Part shown: positions 37,763-51,192 of the stretch, in pieces
How positions within the stretch are numbered: the first letter of the stretch is position 1
How the letters are laid out: each line of letters starts with the position of its first letter
From: Lama glama
Taxonomy: Eukaryota
Length of the DNA: 64,000 nt
Assembly: GCA_028534125.1 (NCBI GenBank)
Contig: CM052818.1
Location: forward strand, 3,040,001 to 3,104,000
Direction: 5' to 3'
Notes under the pieces: generated by a model
Database searches by the model: none
Told to the model about the DNA's origin: nothing
The model's input: only the letters and a program-made list of their open reading frames with translations
Program-made: the position numbers and the translations under genes

Positions 37763-39052
37763 CTAACCAAATTCTTCTTCCCACTCTTAAAAACTGCTGC
37801 CAGAGTAGTTGTCTTTTTTTTCTTTTTTTTACTTTTACTGAGATATAATTGACATACAGCACTGTAGAAGTTTAAGGTGTATAGCATAATGATTTGTCTT
37901 ACATACAACACAGTAGTCTTAAGAACGGCTGACCGCCGCAGTAACTTATCACTGTCTACATAATAAAGTCCAGACTTCCTTCTTCAAGCTTCTCTACCTG
38001 AAATCCAAGCACCAAGTATTACACACACTTATTTGAATACCATGTTCTCCAGCCAGATGGAACCATTTGATTTTGCTCAAACTTTTTCACTGCTGTGTGA
38101 CTTTGAAAATTTTACTTAACGTTTCTCAACCTCAGTTCCCCATTATTAAATGGTGGTAATAGTAATACATAACTTACAAAAGCTGTCATAAGGATTAAAT
38201 AAGCTCATATGTGTTATATTTGTGTGTTTTATATAACATATCCTATTAAAATAGATTGTTTTATATATCATACTATATATTTTTACTTGTAAAAACCTAT
38301 CTTGCACCCTCTGTCTGGCTCCATGTCTTAACTTTGAATTCTCCCATGTTATACATGAAAATTGAATGAAGTTTCATATTTTCTAGCCTCTAAAGTGGAA
38401 GAGGTAAAAACTGGTTTGACTTGCATGCCTTCGTATTCTCATACTACCCTGCGGAGATGGAATTTCCTTCCTTAATTCAAATTACTTCAAACTTCAAAAA
38501 ATGCATTTATTTTGCTAATGTATACATATGTGTTGAAGAATATCCTGAACACTTACTATTCATGCTCAGTATTACACTAAGTATTGTCTCAAATATAAAG
38601 TCATACCTGTTGGGCTGGGTATGGTTTGATTACCTTCTGGTTTCTTCACAACTTTGGTTCTGAAAATAACCAAAATAAAACCAAATTTTTGTTTTTCTGT
38701 TATGGTTGTAAAATCTTGTCATTGAAAATTAGGTCAATATTGAACAAGAATGTTTCTGTAATTCACATCAGTATAAAGATTGAACTTAATGTACATTAAT
38801 ATATATATTCTAACTCCATCCCATTTTCTTTATCTTGCCCCTTCCCAAATTACATTGCTCAGTGTAAGTTCTAACTGAGGTAGCCCATCACTCTCATCCT
38901 TTACAGCAGTACAAGGTTTTTATACTTTTAAATTGTATTATTCCTATTGTATACATTGTAGCACATTATGTTTATTATACCTACTTTTGTGCTTACTTAC
39001 GCTTAAATTTTTTTAATTAGTTACCTAATCTTTACCCCTTTTGCTTTTTCAG

Positions 39053-39075
39053 ATTTATGGACAAGAAGTTATCAT
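39053..39075 (+). CDS. SNRPG: SNRPG coding exon 2, 23-nt microexon (KFMDKKLS)
   Basis: ttgctttttcag|atttatggacaagaagttatcat|gtaagt; phases fit the flanking exons. Confidence 0.95.
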
Positions 39076-39663
39076 GTAAGTTTTTTGGATTTTTTTTAAT
39101 TATCCAATTGCTGTTTACATGTGCCTTAGCAGTCTATGTTTGGAGCAACTTTAAAAATTCAAAGCCCACAGAACCTCTAAAATTTACATGCATTAATTAA
39201 GCGCGTTTATCAAAATCCTAACTTGACAATTTCATTTACTTAATTTCTTATATTTAGTAGGTTTCACAGTACTTCAGACCTTTCATTATTATTTCAAATA
39301 AGCCCTGTCTCACTTTGACAGAATTAACAGGATTTTCTGTTTTATGATACTTGAAAACTTAACTAAGATTCTGACCCACCCAATACTCAATAGGGGTTAA
39401 GACCATGCCTTAGAGGCAAGCAGCCTTCACTTTGAATTCCAGCTCTGCCACACAGTAACTGTATAATCTTGAACCAGTTACTTAAAAGCTCTATACCTCA
39501 ATTCCCTCATAAAAAGTTAAGATAACTCTACTTTAGAGGAGTCTTATAAGTTTAATGTGGAAGTAAATGCAAAATGTTGAGCTCAGTGCTTGGCATATAG
39601 TAAGAATTGTACATCTCAAATACCTGGATTTTATCTCAGCTAAACTTTAATCAGGTCAATTAA

Positions 39664-39861
<198 letters not shown>

Positions 39862-42800
39862 TGATCTGTCTTAGAGATCTCGTTTTTCTTTTGAAGCAAG
39901 TATTAGCTTTCCTTCTATCAAACTCTTGAATTGAATTGAAGTTAGGCAAATTACATGCAGGATTAGACATTCCATCTCCCTTTTAGTTTAACATGTGGCG
40001 GTCATTCAACTGTTACCTATAGGTTAGAGCTGAATCTTACACAGAATCCAGTGAGGTCATTGGGCTTGAAATAGCTGTTGGAAATCATTTTTGAGCTTTA
40101 TTCTATAATAGAGGCCTCTACTCAGTCCTTCATTAGAGCAATAGTTCTCAATCTTAGTTGCATTTTAGAATCAGATTAGTCTGGGGTGCAGCATAGTTTT
40201 TTAAAGTTCCCCAGATGATTCTAATGTAAGACAGAGATTAACCATGGATCCAGAGCATTTACAGGCAATGAGGGCTTTTTTTAAAAAGCAAACAAAAACT
40301 ATGCCTAGACTCTACTTCAAAGCAATTGAAACTATCTCTAAGATTTTTTTTGTTAAAAGATCTTGGGTAATTTTAATGTATAGAAAGGATTAAGGGCTAC
40401 TTATCAAACTTTAATATGCTTATGAATTCTCCTAGAAGATCTTGTTAAAATGTAGATCCTAATTCAATAGGTGTGGGATAGAACCTGCAATTTTGCATTT
40501 CTCACAAGTGCTCGTTTGATGAAAATTTGCCAGTCCACAGATCACACTTTTTGAGTTTAATTGTGTATGCAATTACCCTAGATTTCCTGGTTTATCACAC
40601 TCAAATATGAAAGTAATCAAGGTAAAAGTTGCCAGGGATACTCACAATGACAGCTATTCACATGGAAGGAAACAAATACTGAGTTCCTAATTATAGGAGC
40701 AAACATTTCTGCATTCATTAGGTGGTAGTGGTATGACTACAGAAAAGAGTTTTTGATGTTTGTCCCCAAAACCCAGGCTTTGTTTTTGGTTTTTGTTTTT
40801 TTATTTAAGTACAGTCAGTTACAATGTGTCGATTTCTGGTGTACAGCAGAATGTCCCACTTATGCATATACATACATATACTCCCAAAACCTAGGCTTTG
40901 AATTCCACTCTTTGCCCAGCACAGGACAGTAAGTGGTAAGTCTGAGTTTCTTGGGCAAGGTGAATCAAAAAAGACAGCTGTAGCAAATCATTGAGCACAT
41001 ACACCTCTAAGAGGTGGTAAGAGTTCCTAATTATTAGCCGTGATTTTGCCTCCCTTTTTAAAATTTGAACAGTAGAGGGGTGTAATTTTTCTTAAATCAC
41101 CCCTGCCAAGGTTTGTGTTATTGTTTATTTCAATGTGTTTCCATTACTTCATTTTGAAAAAGCAAGTCAGTGATCAGGGTCAGAAAAACAGCCTAGAGTC
41201 TCCAGGTCTGAGACTCCCCACCTGCAACCACACATTTCATGTAAATTGGCCTCTTCAGGTATAGTCTCCTTGAGCTTCTGTTGAAGATGAATAAAATTGT
41301 GGGCAAATCATTAGCAATGGTTTCTTATAAAAACAATTTTTGAGTACCCCAAGATTTCTCTCTAGCCCTTCCTTTTACAAGTCAGGAAATCTTTGTTCTA
41401 AAAGAGGGTAGATTTGGTTCTTATCCCAAAAGATTGCTGAAAAAGGATTCAAGAAGGACTTGACATCTACAAGTCAGTTCTAATTTGGGAGGATAGCTTT
41501 TTAGAGAATTGGGTGACACTTCTTGAAAATTAATCAGAGAAAGAACTGAGCCTAGATCATGGATGTTTCTTGTAATTTTCCCCCTAAATTTTAAAGAGTT
41601 TAATTTTCTTTACACAGAAACTGGTTAAAAGCACTGCTATCCCATGTTGGTCGGATACTGAGCACCTGCTCGCTGTGTTGGGCCTTCTGCTATTCCATGT
41701 CTGATGCTTGCTGTGTAACAAAGTTTGCATTTAGTAGTGCTGATTCTTACAACCAAGTTAACACTTTGAAAATTAAGTAATAATTTATCATTTGTCTTTA
41801 ATTTTTTAAAATATCTAAAGAAAATGCAGAATGGCTTTTCTGAGGAAAAGAAGGGAAACAAGTTACGGTTTTGTTTTTGTTTTTTGCAGGCTGCCTGGCT
41901 AAGGAGACAGTTACAGTGGCTTCATTTTTCCCTTGTCCAATTCAGTGACCCATTGAGGCCATTGAAATTACTTAATACGATTCAATTAAGAACACTATTA
42001 AGAATATGTGTGTTCTGAAAGGGAGGTAGTTTGTTTTGGGGGATCTATCAGGTAGATAATGGCCTAATGCTGTCTCAGCTAGCCTCTTCTGAGACATCTC
42101 CAGAGCTGTCACCTGTCTTACTTCCTTAAGATTCCACTCCACTCCAAGGTTCCCTTAAGAATGTGGTTAAAACTGTGCATTTTATGATGCTACATATTTT
42201 AGAAGTTCTTCCTAGCTTTGTGCTCCTATTAGTCTATTTAGGTTTATATTCTCTGTCCTTTCAAGAGACTGAAAAAGCCTGAGCAACACTTTCCAAAAAC
42301 TTAGTATTAAAGCACAGCAAAAGGAGCAGTGTGGAATTCTGGACCTGATAGTTCCAGTTTGATCTGGAGAACAGGGCCTTGAACACAATGGGAAAAGAGG
42401 GAGAGCGCTGCCCAGCAGAGGTGCTCACCCACCAGCCTTAATTCCAGTGAGTTACGGGAGAAGGCAAAGAAGCGTGTGATACCATCTTAGAAAGTGTTGA
42501 TGGTGGTTTTATTTTATTTTTTAATGGTGGGAAAAGGAAAAAGCCTTCAGGGCTGAAAATCTTAGTTATCTGAAATAACTTCTCTCCACCACCCTCCACT
42601 TCTAGGCTAGTGTCAGAAATGGGCACATTTAGGAGGGAGCTAGGAAAGAAGGCTCATTTTTCGTGTTTTGATCAATGAGATGTGATGTTCATCATCTGTT
42701 GCAAATAAGCCAGGAATTTAAAACTGAGAACTAGGTAATCATGTTGTTTAGCCTTCTTCATTTCATCTCCTAACTTACAGGAAGCGTAAGAGTCTGTAGG

Positions 42801-43966
42801 TTCCTTCAGTCCCCATTACCATCTTCAGGGTACTTTACTCTTTTAATGAAGCTCTTTAATTCGTTGCCGCCTTCTCACTTCTCGTTGCTGTTTGTCACTG
42901 CCAGGCTCCAAGACACTTTCCGACCTGCAGCGTCCCTCTCCAGTCTGCCAGCCGCAGTGATCACATGCAAATTCATTTGTTTCCTTAGCGGACACTTGTG
43001 GAGCCTTGTGTGTGCCTGCCACTGCTTCAGGCACTGGGGGCGTTGTGCCAAGCAAGGTCCCTGCCCTCAGAGAAATGACAATAGTGTATGTAATAAGTAA
43101 ATCAAGCAAGCAAGCAGAATGAGGGGAGAAGAGAACAAGTTACAGCTAATTTTACTCCACCTGCCTACAAGCATAGTTCCACTTTGAGTCTGCGGAATGC
43201 CTCCATTTCTAATAAATTGTTACATGTCCCCTCACCCCTTCTGTCCTTTGAGCTGTCCAGCTCCCTGAACTGATCTGTAATTGCATTATCTACAGTCCCC
43301 CAGGGGCTTCTTATTTTCACAGTCCCCTTCTGGTTTGACTTTTCTGCCCCTTCTTGAGCTCAGTTACCAGCCCTTTCACCTGTGCCCCCTTGAGTGCCCT
43401 TGCTTATCTTCCCCTAGGAATGGCTACTGTGTCAGACACTGTACCTCTAGGCCTTTTCTTCTCTTCCTCCCTCCAAGTTCCCACTCATTCTTTTATATGT
43501 GCTTTTGCCAAAACTGGTCATTCCCCCACCTGTGAAACTCACTGGCTCATTGGTTTCAGGATGCCCTCCAATCAGTGTAAGATTAGTGTTCAGTTGGGTA
43601 CAAACTGTCTTTTTCCCACTTCCCTTCGTAACCTTTTACTGTATTCAAATTAGATTCTTTCTTTATCGCTTTACTCTTTTTATCTCAGTTCTATTTAGAA
43701 TTTCCTTTCTGTCAAAATTCTACCCAATTTTCAAGACCCAACTAAAATGTCATCTTCAAAAGGCCTACTTTTTTCAACTTCCATCCTAGTTTGTTCCCTA
43801 AATGATCTTAACACCCCTAAGTTGACATATGTTCTATTGTACCTATTTTTCTCATTAACTTTTGGATCCCTTAGGGGCAGGGATGGTCATGTTCATTTGA
43901 GTCCTGTAATTTGGGTGAAATGTTTTGCTAAATGAATTGTTTTTAAATTCATTTTCTTTTTCTTAG

Positions 43967-44017
43967 GTAATACGAGGAAACAGCATCATCATGTTAGAAG
44001 CCTTGGAACGAGTATGA
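43967..44017 (+). CDS. SNRPG: SNRPG coding exon 4 (VIRGNSIIMLEALERV*)
   Basis: Sm2 motif IRG; ttttcttag acceptor; total 231 nt = 76 aa + stop. Confidence 0.96.
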   Translation, partial: VIRGNSIIMLEALERV

Positions 44018-44453
44018 ACAATGGCTGTGTTCACCAGAGGAATCAACTGCTTCCACGTGTCCCCTCTCCACATTTTGCTACGATAAAAATTGGGTCGTGT
44101 ACATTCTCCTATTGAACTTTTTTTTTTGTTAGATAAACTTTTGTGATAGTCAAAAGTGCCTTCTCAGATGTTTTGAACATAGAAAATATTAGCTCATGTT
44201 TTGACTTTTTTCTGTTATGACTGTTCCTGGTTGAGGCTGACTTGTTCAAAGGGTTTTGTGTATTAAAATAGAAGAGTCTTATTAAATGTGAAATATGACA
44301 AGGATGCCCTTTTCCCCTGTCTTTTACCACTGAACAGAGGTAAAGAAGCTGCAAACCGAGTGGGTTTCTTCTGGAACATTAACTGGAATTTTCAAAATTC
44401 TTGAAGTAACTTTGAGGTACTCTGACTTTCCAGGTACATCCACATTCCAAGTA

Positions 44454-44676
44454 CAGTTGCAGTCAAACACGGGTTTGAACTGCACAGATCCAGTTGTATA
44501 TAGGTTTTTTCCAGTAGTAAATACTACATTATTACACCATCCATGGTTCATTTGCAGGTTCAGAACCTTGGATAGCACAACCACGTCCATAGAGTGCTGA
44601 CTGTAAGTTACCTGCAGATTTTCAGCTGTGTGGAGGGTCAGCACCCCTAACTCCCATGCTGTTTAAGGGTCAACCA
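44454..44676 (+). mobile_element. Tigger2a-like MITE
   Basis: ta|cagttg...aacacgggtttgaactgc ... tttaagggtcaacca|ta; TA target duplication. Confidence 0.75.
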
Positions 44677-45249
44677 TATAGCACAACAGAAGTAAAACAC
44701 AGGAAATAATGATGTTTTATTTTGAACATAAGTGGGGAAAATTTTTGAATATAAGAGTAGAAATATATTTGAGAAAAACATTCCAGTGCATTGTGATTCT
44801 TTGTGGAATAGAGGATAGTGATAATGCTGCCTGTAATATATTCATCTAGTTGGTAAGTTTTATGGTGCACAGCCTCAGATGAGAGCGATATTACAGATGG
44901 TTGTGTCATGAACCCAACTTGAGAAACCTATCAAGCAAATGCTTAAGCCTGTTTTTGTGATCGGGTAAAAAGCCTACAATCATGAATCACTTTAACTGGA
45001 GAATGGGTGTACACACAATATGTGAGGTACCTGTAAAATAGAACAAAATGGGTGGCTTATATTTATCCCCAAAATGGTATTTCCTATTCATAGGAAATGA
45101 TTCAGCAAATGAAGAGCCAGAAGGATCAGACTAGAGTTGATGTGAAAGCCAACACACTTTTATTCTCCAGCAGCTCTTTAAATCTTCGCTAATGTTGACA
45201 AGCTCGTGTTTTTTGCAACTATACAGAGCTGAATTGTAGATCTGGTTCT

Positions 45250-47170
45250 CTGTGGTTCCGAGACCAGTAGCATCACCTAGGAACATAATAGAAATGGAGT
45301 TTTTTGTATCCCACTCCAAGCCTACTGAAACAAATTCTGGAGGTTAGGCCCAGCAATGTTTTAACAAGCCCTCCAGTTGACTGTGGTGCATACTCAAGCT
45401 GGAGAACCACTGGAGCAAAATTTGGCTTTCATTCAGCCCCTACATACATAGTTTTTACCAGTCTCTACTATAAAAAGATGATTTGAGTGGCCTTCTGGAA
45501 TAATGGGCTCTGATAGTATTTTTCTTCCAATTAAAAAAAATACTGTAATTGCATTAAAACTAATATGCTCAATATACCGATAACCTGTTTTTGCTCTTTG
45601 AGAAAGCAATCTCAGGTGCCCTGTCAGAAAACAAAATCAGAGTTAGGTTTGACATAATAGCAACATTTTAAATTGGTGTTTTTCTAAACAAAAATATATC
45701 CCATTGCAAAACAAGCCTACAAGTGGTAGAAATTAAAATTATTTCATTAGTATTTACCCACTTTTAGCAATATACATAACAGTATCACATTCTCTACATA
45801 CTGTCTTCATTAAAACAACAAAAGAAAAAATACAAATGCCTCTTAACATACTTCCTAAGAATAAAAATAGTAAAAAGCTGACCCTTTGACAAACTATAAA
45901 TTTAATCCCTGCCTCTACATCAAATATATCTTGGCAGTTTTATCAGCATATTAATATTCACAATTGTAACAGAAGTAGAGAGGAAATTGTCTTAAATAAG
46001 ACTCAGTGTTCTCTTTTTCACTAAAGTAGCTACTGCTATAATCTGGAAATGGACTTTTTCTTTTTTAATGTTAACTTGGTTGCAGTTACTTTTAGAATTC
46101 AGGAGCTTTTATTTGTCCTTCCAGTGACTAAGGACGGTCACTCGTGATCATTGTACAGATGGGAGAATTGGTTCTCAAGTTTGGCTACATGTTAGAATCA
46201 TTCAAGAAGCACTCCTACAAGTGATTCCAATGTACAGCCAAGGCTGAGAACCACTGCCTTAAGATTTCAGCAACCAGTTTCTCACCCCAAATGCTACAGT
46301 ACCTTTAGAAGCATTTAACAGTTTGAGCATATGCTGGATCTGATCAAGCATGGTGTCATTCTGAATATCCCACTCCAGTGCAAACTGCTCTGGAGTAATC
46401 TAAGTTGCCTCTGCTGTTAGACTGTCAATGCTTCTTACTATCAAGATTACTTGAGTTCTCACTGAGAGAAATCATTCTCTGCATCATGGATCTGCTCTGA
46501 TAATGGATTGGGTTTCTTGGGACTTTTAAGGCACTAAGAACCCTTTGGAAACATAAACCCTCACATCAGTGATTCTCAATCCAGGTTGCATGCATACTAG
46601 GAACTTTAAAAAGCTACCAAAAAACAGGTCCTATCCTCAATCCATTAAATCAGAATCTCTGTTGTGGGGCTCTATCAGTATTTTTCAAAGCTCCTCAGGT
46701 GAGGGTTTGATAACAGAATGCTAAATTTTTATTAGCCAGTATTTGCTTTTCATTTTACTTGAGATTTTTGCATGACATCTTAAGTTTATACTACTGAGAC
46801 TTCTGAATTTCACCCCTAAATAAACAGAGACAGAAGCAATCAAAAGAACATCCTGAAAGTCCAGACTTCAGGCATGGGCATATTTACTTTGAAAAAGGGT
46901 ATAAATTACTAAATCCAGGCGTAAGATACCAGCTCCCATGTAGTTTTATGCGAATGAAAATCACATCCAGCTGTGAAGCACAAATCACCTAGTCCCCAGC
47001 TAAAAGATAAGTCGTCCTCAAGCACTCACTTAAAATGCTCTAAGGTTTTGTTCAGAATCCAGGGCCCCCACCCCAGGCCTATTAAATCAGAATCTCCAGA
47101 CGAGCTAGAGAACCCATCTTGTTTAAGAAACTCAGATGATTCTTACGATCAGACACATTTGGGAAATGCT
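45250..47170. mobile_element. Cluster of MER5-type hAT MITE fragments (about 45255-45412, 46168-46257, 46567-46703, 47040-47170) downstream of the PCYOX1 stop
   Basis: Recurrent aaatcagaatctc, cagtgattctcaa and gagaaccactg motifs. Confidence 0.6.
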
Positions 47171-47394
47171 GCTGATGGATTAAAAGAGTTAAGAAATGGT
47201 GGAGATGCCACCTTTATGCCTTCATGCTTAATTAGAACCTTGTATCTTCTCATGACTCACTGGGATTACTTTTGTTAAACAATGATAATGGCAAAATAGC
47301 TGATTCAAAATCATCTCTGCTCAGACTGTGCTCTTTTTTGCCAGTGATACTCCATTTGGAACCAGGAGGGGGCGAAAAAAGAGATGGTGGTATT

Positions 47395-48053
47395 TCAGAG
47401 CTCAGTTTTAAGTCTCTCATATAAGTCCTCTTGGTCAATCATGTGCGTGTGTCCGTTCCAGCGATGGTAGGCGAGGAGAGCAGCATTGTAGCCCGCCACG
47501 GCGCTCATTTCCATGGCACTTGCTGCGAACTCTATGCCGCTGAGGTAATAGAGTTGATCATGGAGTATGATGGAGGGGCATTTCTCTGGAGGCGTATAAT
47601 GAGGATATGCAAACCATGACTGCTTCACAGCATAATCATAGGACACAAAGAGCTTTAAAATTTGCTCTTTGCTAAGAGCTCTTGCGGAAAAGATCTTCCA
47701 AACGTGTGCCTTCTCTGCTTTTGGTTGAGGACTATTATCTTCTCTTACGGAGGACACAAACCCAATGCTGTTAATGAACAAATCTGGATTATCAGTGGTT
47801 AAGACGGTACCGAGGTCAAACTCATCTAAGGGTCTAGAGCTAAAAACAGTTGAATTCAATTGCCCCTTAATTAAAGTGGTCACTAAAGGTTCGTAGGGTT
47901 GATGGAATTCCTCAATTGGAGGATCAAAGTTGAGAAAAGTTATATTGGACATTTTTCGATTCAACGGAGTGGCCACCAAGACAATGTCATAGAAGTCCGA
48001 ATGGGTCTCAGATCCAGTTTGGTAGACCACTTCATACATCTTTGTGGGATCTC
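47395..48053 (-). CDS. PCYOX1: PCYOX1 coding exon 6, ending ...LYERLKTEL*
   Basis: cctctag acceptor; [17 protein letters not shown] motif; 659 nt. Confidence 0.97.
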
Positions 48054-48482
48054 CTAGAGGAAATTAGGAAGCATACATTATTTTTTTAATTGTTTCTAAC
48101 ATACTATAGTTTATACCTTCTAAAAATAATTCTATACCTTCTTAATAGTTTCTCTATCATTTTAAGGAATTAAAGGAAGTTTTCCCTTGCATTATTATTA
48201 CATTGCCACCAATTTTCTATTTGGAATCAAAAAAAAAAAAACCTTGTCAATAAGTACAGAGTATGAAATTTGTACTTTTGAGGGTGAAATTGTCTTTTAA
48301 ATCCAAGGAGTTATGCTGCTGTACTTGAGCACATTTACGAATATTCCCACACGACACAACACATCCAGTCTAAAATTTCAGCATTTGGAACTGAGCAGGA
48401 GATGGTGAAAGAGGTTCTTCTCCCAGAGCAATTATTTTCTGCACAGGAAATGAGGAACAAGACAACAGATGTTCCAGCTCAC

Positions 48483-48635
48483 CTGTCTGTTTGGTCCTTG
48501 TTTTCTCCTCTATGGATATTACTGAGCCAGATATAAGATTGCTTTTGGAAGCCTCAAGGAGCCGTGAGCAGACAAGTTTATTGCCACCTTTTACTGCCCA
48601 AAGACCAGGATCAGTAGCGGACATTGACACTGCCC
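48483..48635 (-). CDS. PCYOX1: PCYOX1 coding exon 5 ([23 protein letters not shown]...)
   Basis: cag acceptor, gtgagc donor, 153 nt. Confidence 0.95.
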
Positions 48636-48986
48636 CTGTGAGCGGTAGGAAAACAATGTGTTTTAATTCTGACTCTAAGAGACCCTCTCCCCACTCTCCC
48701 TTCCCAAGTAGCCGAGCCCTGCTCCAAATGTCTCCAGACACTGCCAAATGGCCTTGGGAGCAAAATCTCCCCCAGTCAAGAACCATTCAACTAATGAAAA
48801 CTAAAGACACCGTTCCCATAAAGATGCACATCCACATATACATAATTTGCCAATGTTTCTGTTGGGCCTGGGGTTTCACAGAGAAAGGGGGTCTTCTCCA
48901 AATCATGGCCCAAAGTCAGGAGCCACCACAGCATCAGGTAAACCACTCCTAACTAATGTCCATGACTATTCCAAGCCCTGACTTAC

Positions 48987-49198
48987 CCACAAAGCCATTG
49001 ATGTTCATGTTTTGGCCATAATTGACCCTCATGACAGGAGTAATAACTTCATCAAGGAATTTCTCAGAGAAACCTGCTTTCTGCAAGGTTTCCAGAAGTG
49101 ATCGGTTAAACAGTGCAAGGAAGTCGTCCCCTCCTAGGGAATGCAGTAACTTCTCCACGCTACTGAAGGCATAGTCATGAGATTGGTAGCGGTAGATC
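48987..49198 (-). CDS. PCYOX1: PCYOX1 coding exon 4 ([12 protein letters not shown]...NINGFVG)
   Basis: aag acceptor, gtaagt donor, 212 nt. Confidence 0.95.
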
Positions 49199-51082
49199 CT
49201 TTTGAATAGAAGAGAAATGGCCATTAAACATCAAACAAGACGGGGGAGGGTAGACATAAAGAAGGAAAAGAGCATCATAAGACTCAAACTGACTTTTCCT
49301 GTTTCCTCTGATTCCCACCTATCACGTGAGACGCAACTCAGTCACCACCTTCCCCAGAGGTCCCAGAAGCTCTTCGTCCTCCCTCTCCCCCCGCCTCCTC
49401 TGGAAGCCCACTGTCCTTTGTACACACTCTTCTGCGTTAATCTGGTCACTGGGAGCACCTTTAAAGAGGAGGGGATGTCTCGTTCTCATTCGCCTTATCT
49501 TCCAGCAGCACTGAGGCCACGTCTACAATTAAACTCTACTTTTCCACTAAGGATGATGCCCTCCACCTACCCCGCAGCCCAGCCAGAAATAACAGGCTAC
49601 TTCTAACATCCTACGTGCCATCCTCAGTTCATTTAGCTTCAGACTTAAACACGTCACTTCTCCTTTCTGCTTCTCCCACCGAACATGGAAACTTCATCAG
49701 TCTTTCTAACATCTCTCTTGTTACTTCACCCTCATTTCCCTGATCTTACATCAAGATTTACATTCAAACTCTTAAAATGAAGAATGGATGTACCTGCTTC
49801 TGGTTTCTCTTCTTTGAAACATTTATGAATCTCCCAGAAGCCCAAAGTACCCTTCTTATTTTGTCATCCATTCACTTATTGAAAAAAAATCTCGCTTACT
49901 ATTGCTTAATCAATAAAGTTCTGACATTAAAAAAAAATGGATTTTTTTAGAGCCAAACTCATCAAGTCTCCTTTGCTCTAACTGCAGATACAGAAACAAA
50001 GTAGAAGTAAAAGAAATGGTCTAAAAGTCACATAGCAGGTAGAAGGCTCAAGCACCTCTCTCCTCCCTGCCCTCAACCACACACCCACGCACACTCACAC
50101 ACACAAACACACACTCATATCTTTCACTTGGACACAGTTGGCCCAATTCCCTGGTCTCTAAATACACTCTGTTTATTGCTCCCAAACATGCACTCGCTCT
50201 TCCCTCCATGTGGATACCGTCCTCATTCCTAATCATAGAACAGCTAGCTACAGGTCCTCCAGAGCTTGAATCCCACCTCCTTTGCAAAGTCTTGCCCAAC
50301 TTCCCAGTCCACGGTGATGTCACCACATTAAAAAGTCCCATAAAACTTAGCACTCATGCTGCTCATCCAATACTTAGATACTACTTTGTATTATTTAATT
50401 TTTAGAAAATATCACCTCACATTTCTCTGCACTTTGGACTTGAAATACATCCCCATAAATTAATTCATGCAATAACTCAATACGTATTTTTTCTCAGGTT
50501 GCACATGATACACAAGTGAGAAAGACATGGTTCCTTTCCGTCAAGGAATCCTATCAGTCTCCTGTCAGTGGCTGTAGGAGGAGTTTTTAAATCAACTTTC
50601 TTCTCTCAAAATGAACTGTAATTTTTCAAAGAGCAGAGATAACGTCCTACCCATTTCAACATTACCTACTGTCTAACAGTGTAGTGTACAAAACGTCAAA
50701 TAAATTTGTGTGGGAAAATTCTCAGCATCCAAACTGAGAAATTAAAAGAATTGCCCCCAACCGTATCATCTGGCTTCTAGTTTCTAAGAAATTGGAAAAA
50801 GTAGGATGAAAATATTGAGTTCTTTAGAAAAATAATAGACTGAATACCTCACAAAATGAAGAGTGATCTTTTGCTAATGGTCAGCATGACAAAATAGTAG
50901 TCAATTTAATTAAAATAACTTATATATGTTGTTATAAAAAAATTATTTCCTGCCTCCTCCCACCTGAGCCCCAACCCCAATCAAACAAGCCTCCTAAATG
51001 AGGCATGAGACAACATACACCATAGAAACACTGAGCGTTGTAACTGCTCTGCAATACCAGTTGCACTAGAATACAAATCTAT

Positions 51083-51192
51083 GGGGGAAGAGTATAGCTC
51101 AGTGGTAGAGCGCATGCCTAGCATGCACAAGGTCCTGGGTTCAATCCCCACTACCTCTATTAAAATAAATAAACCTAACTACCTCCCCCCCA
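51083..51192 (+). mobile_element. tRNA-derived camelid-type SINE
   Basis: gtatagctcagtggtagagcgcatgcctagcatgcacaaggtcctgggttcaatcccc. Confidence 0.9.
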
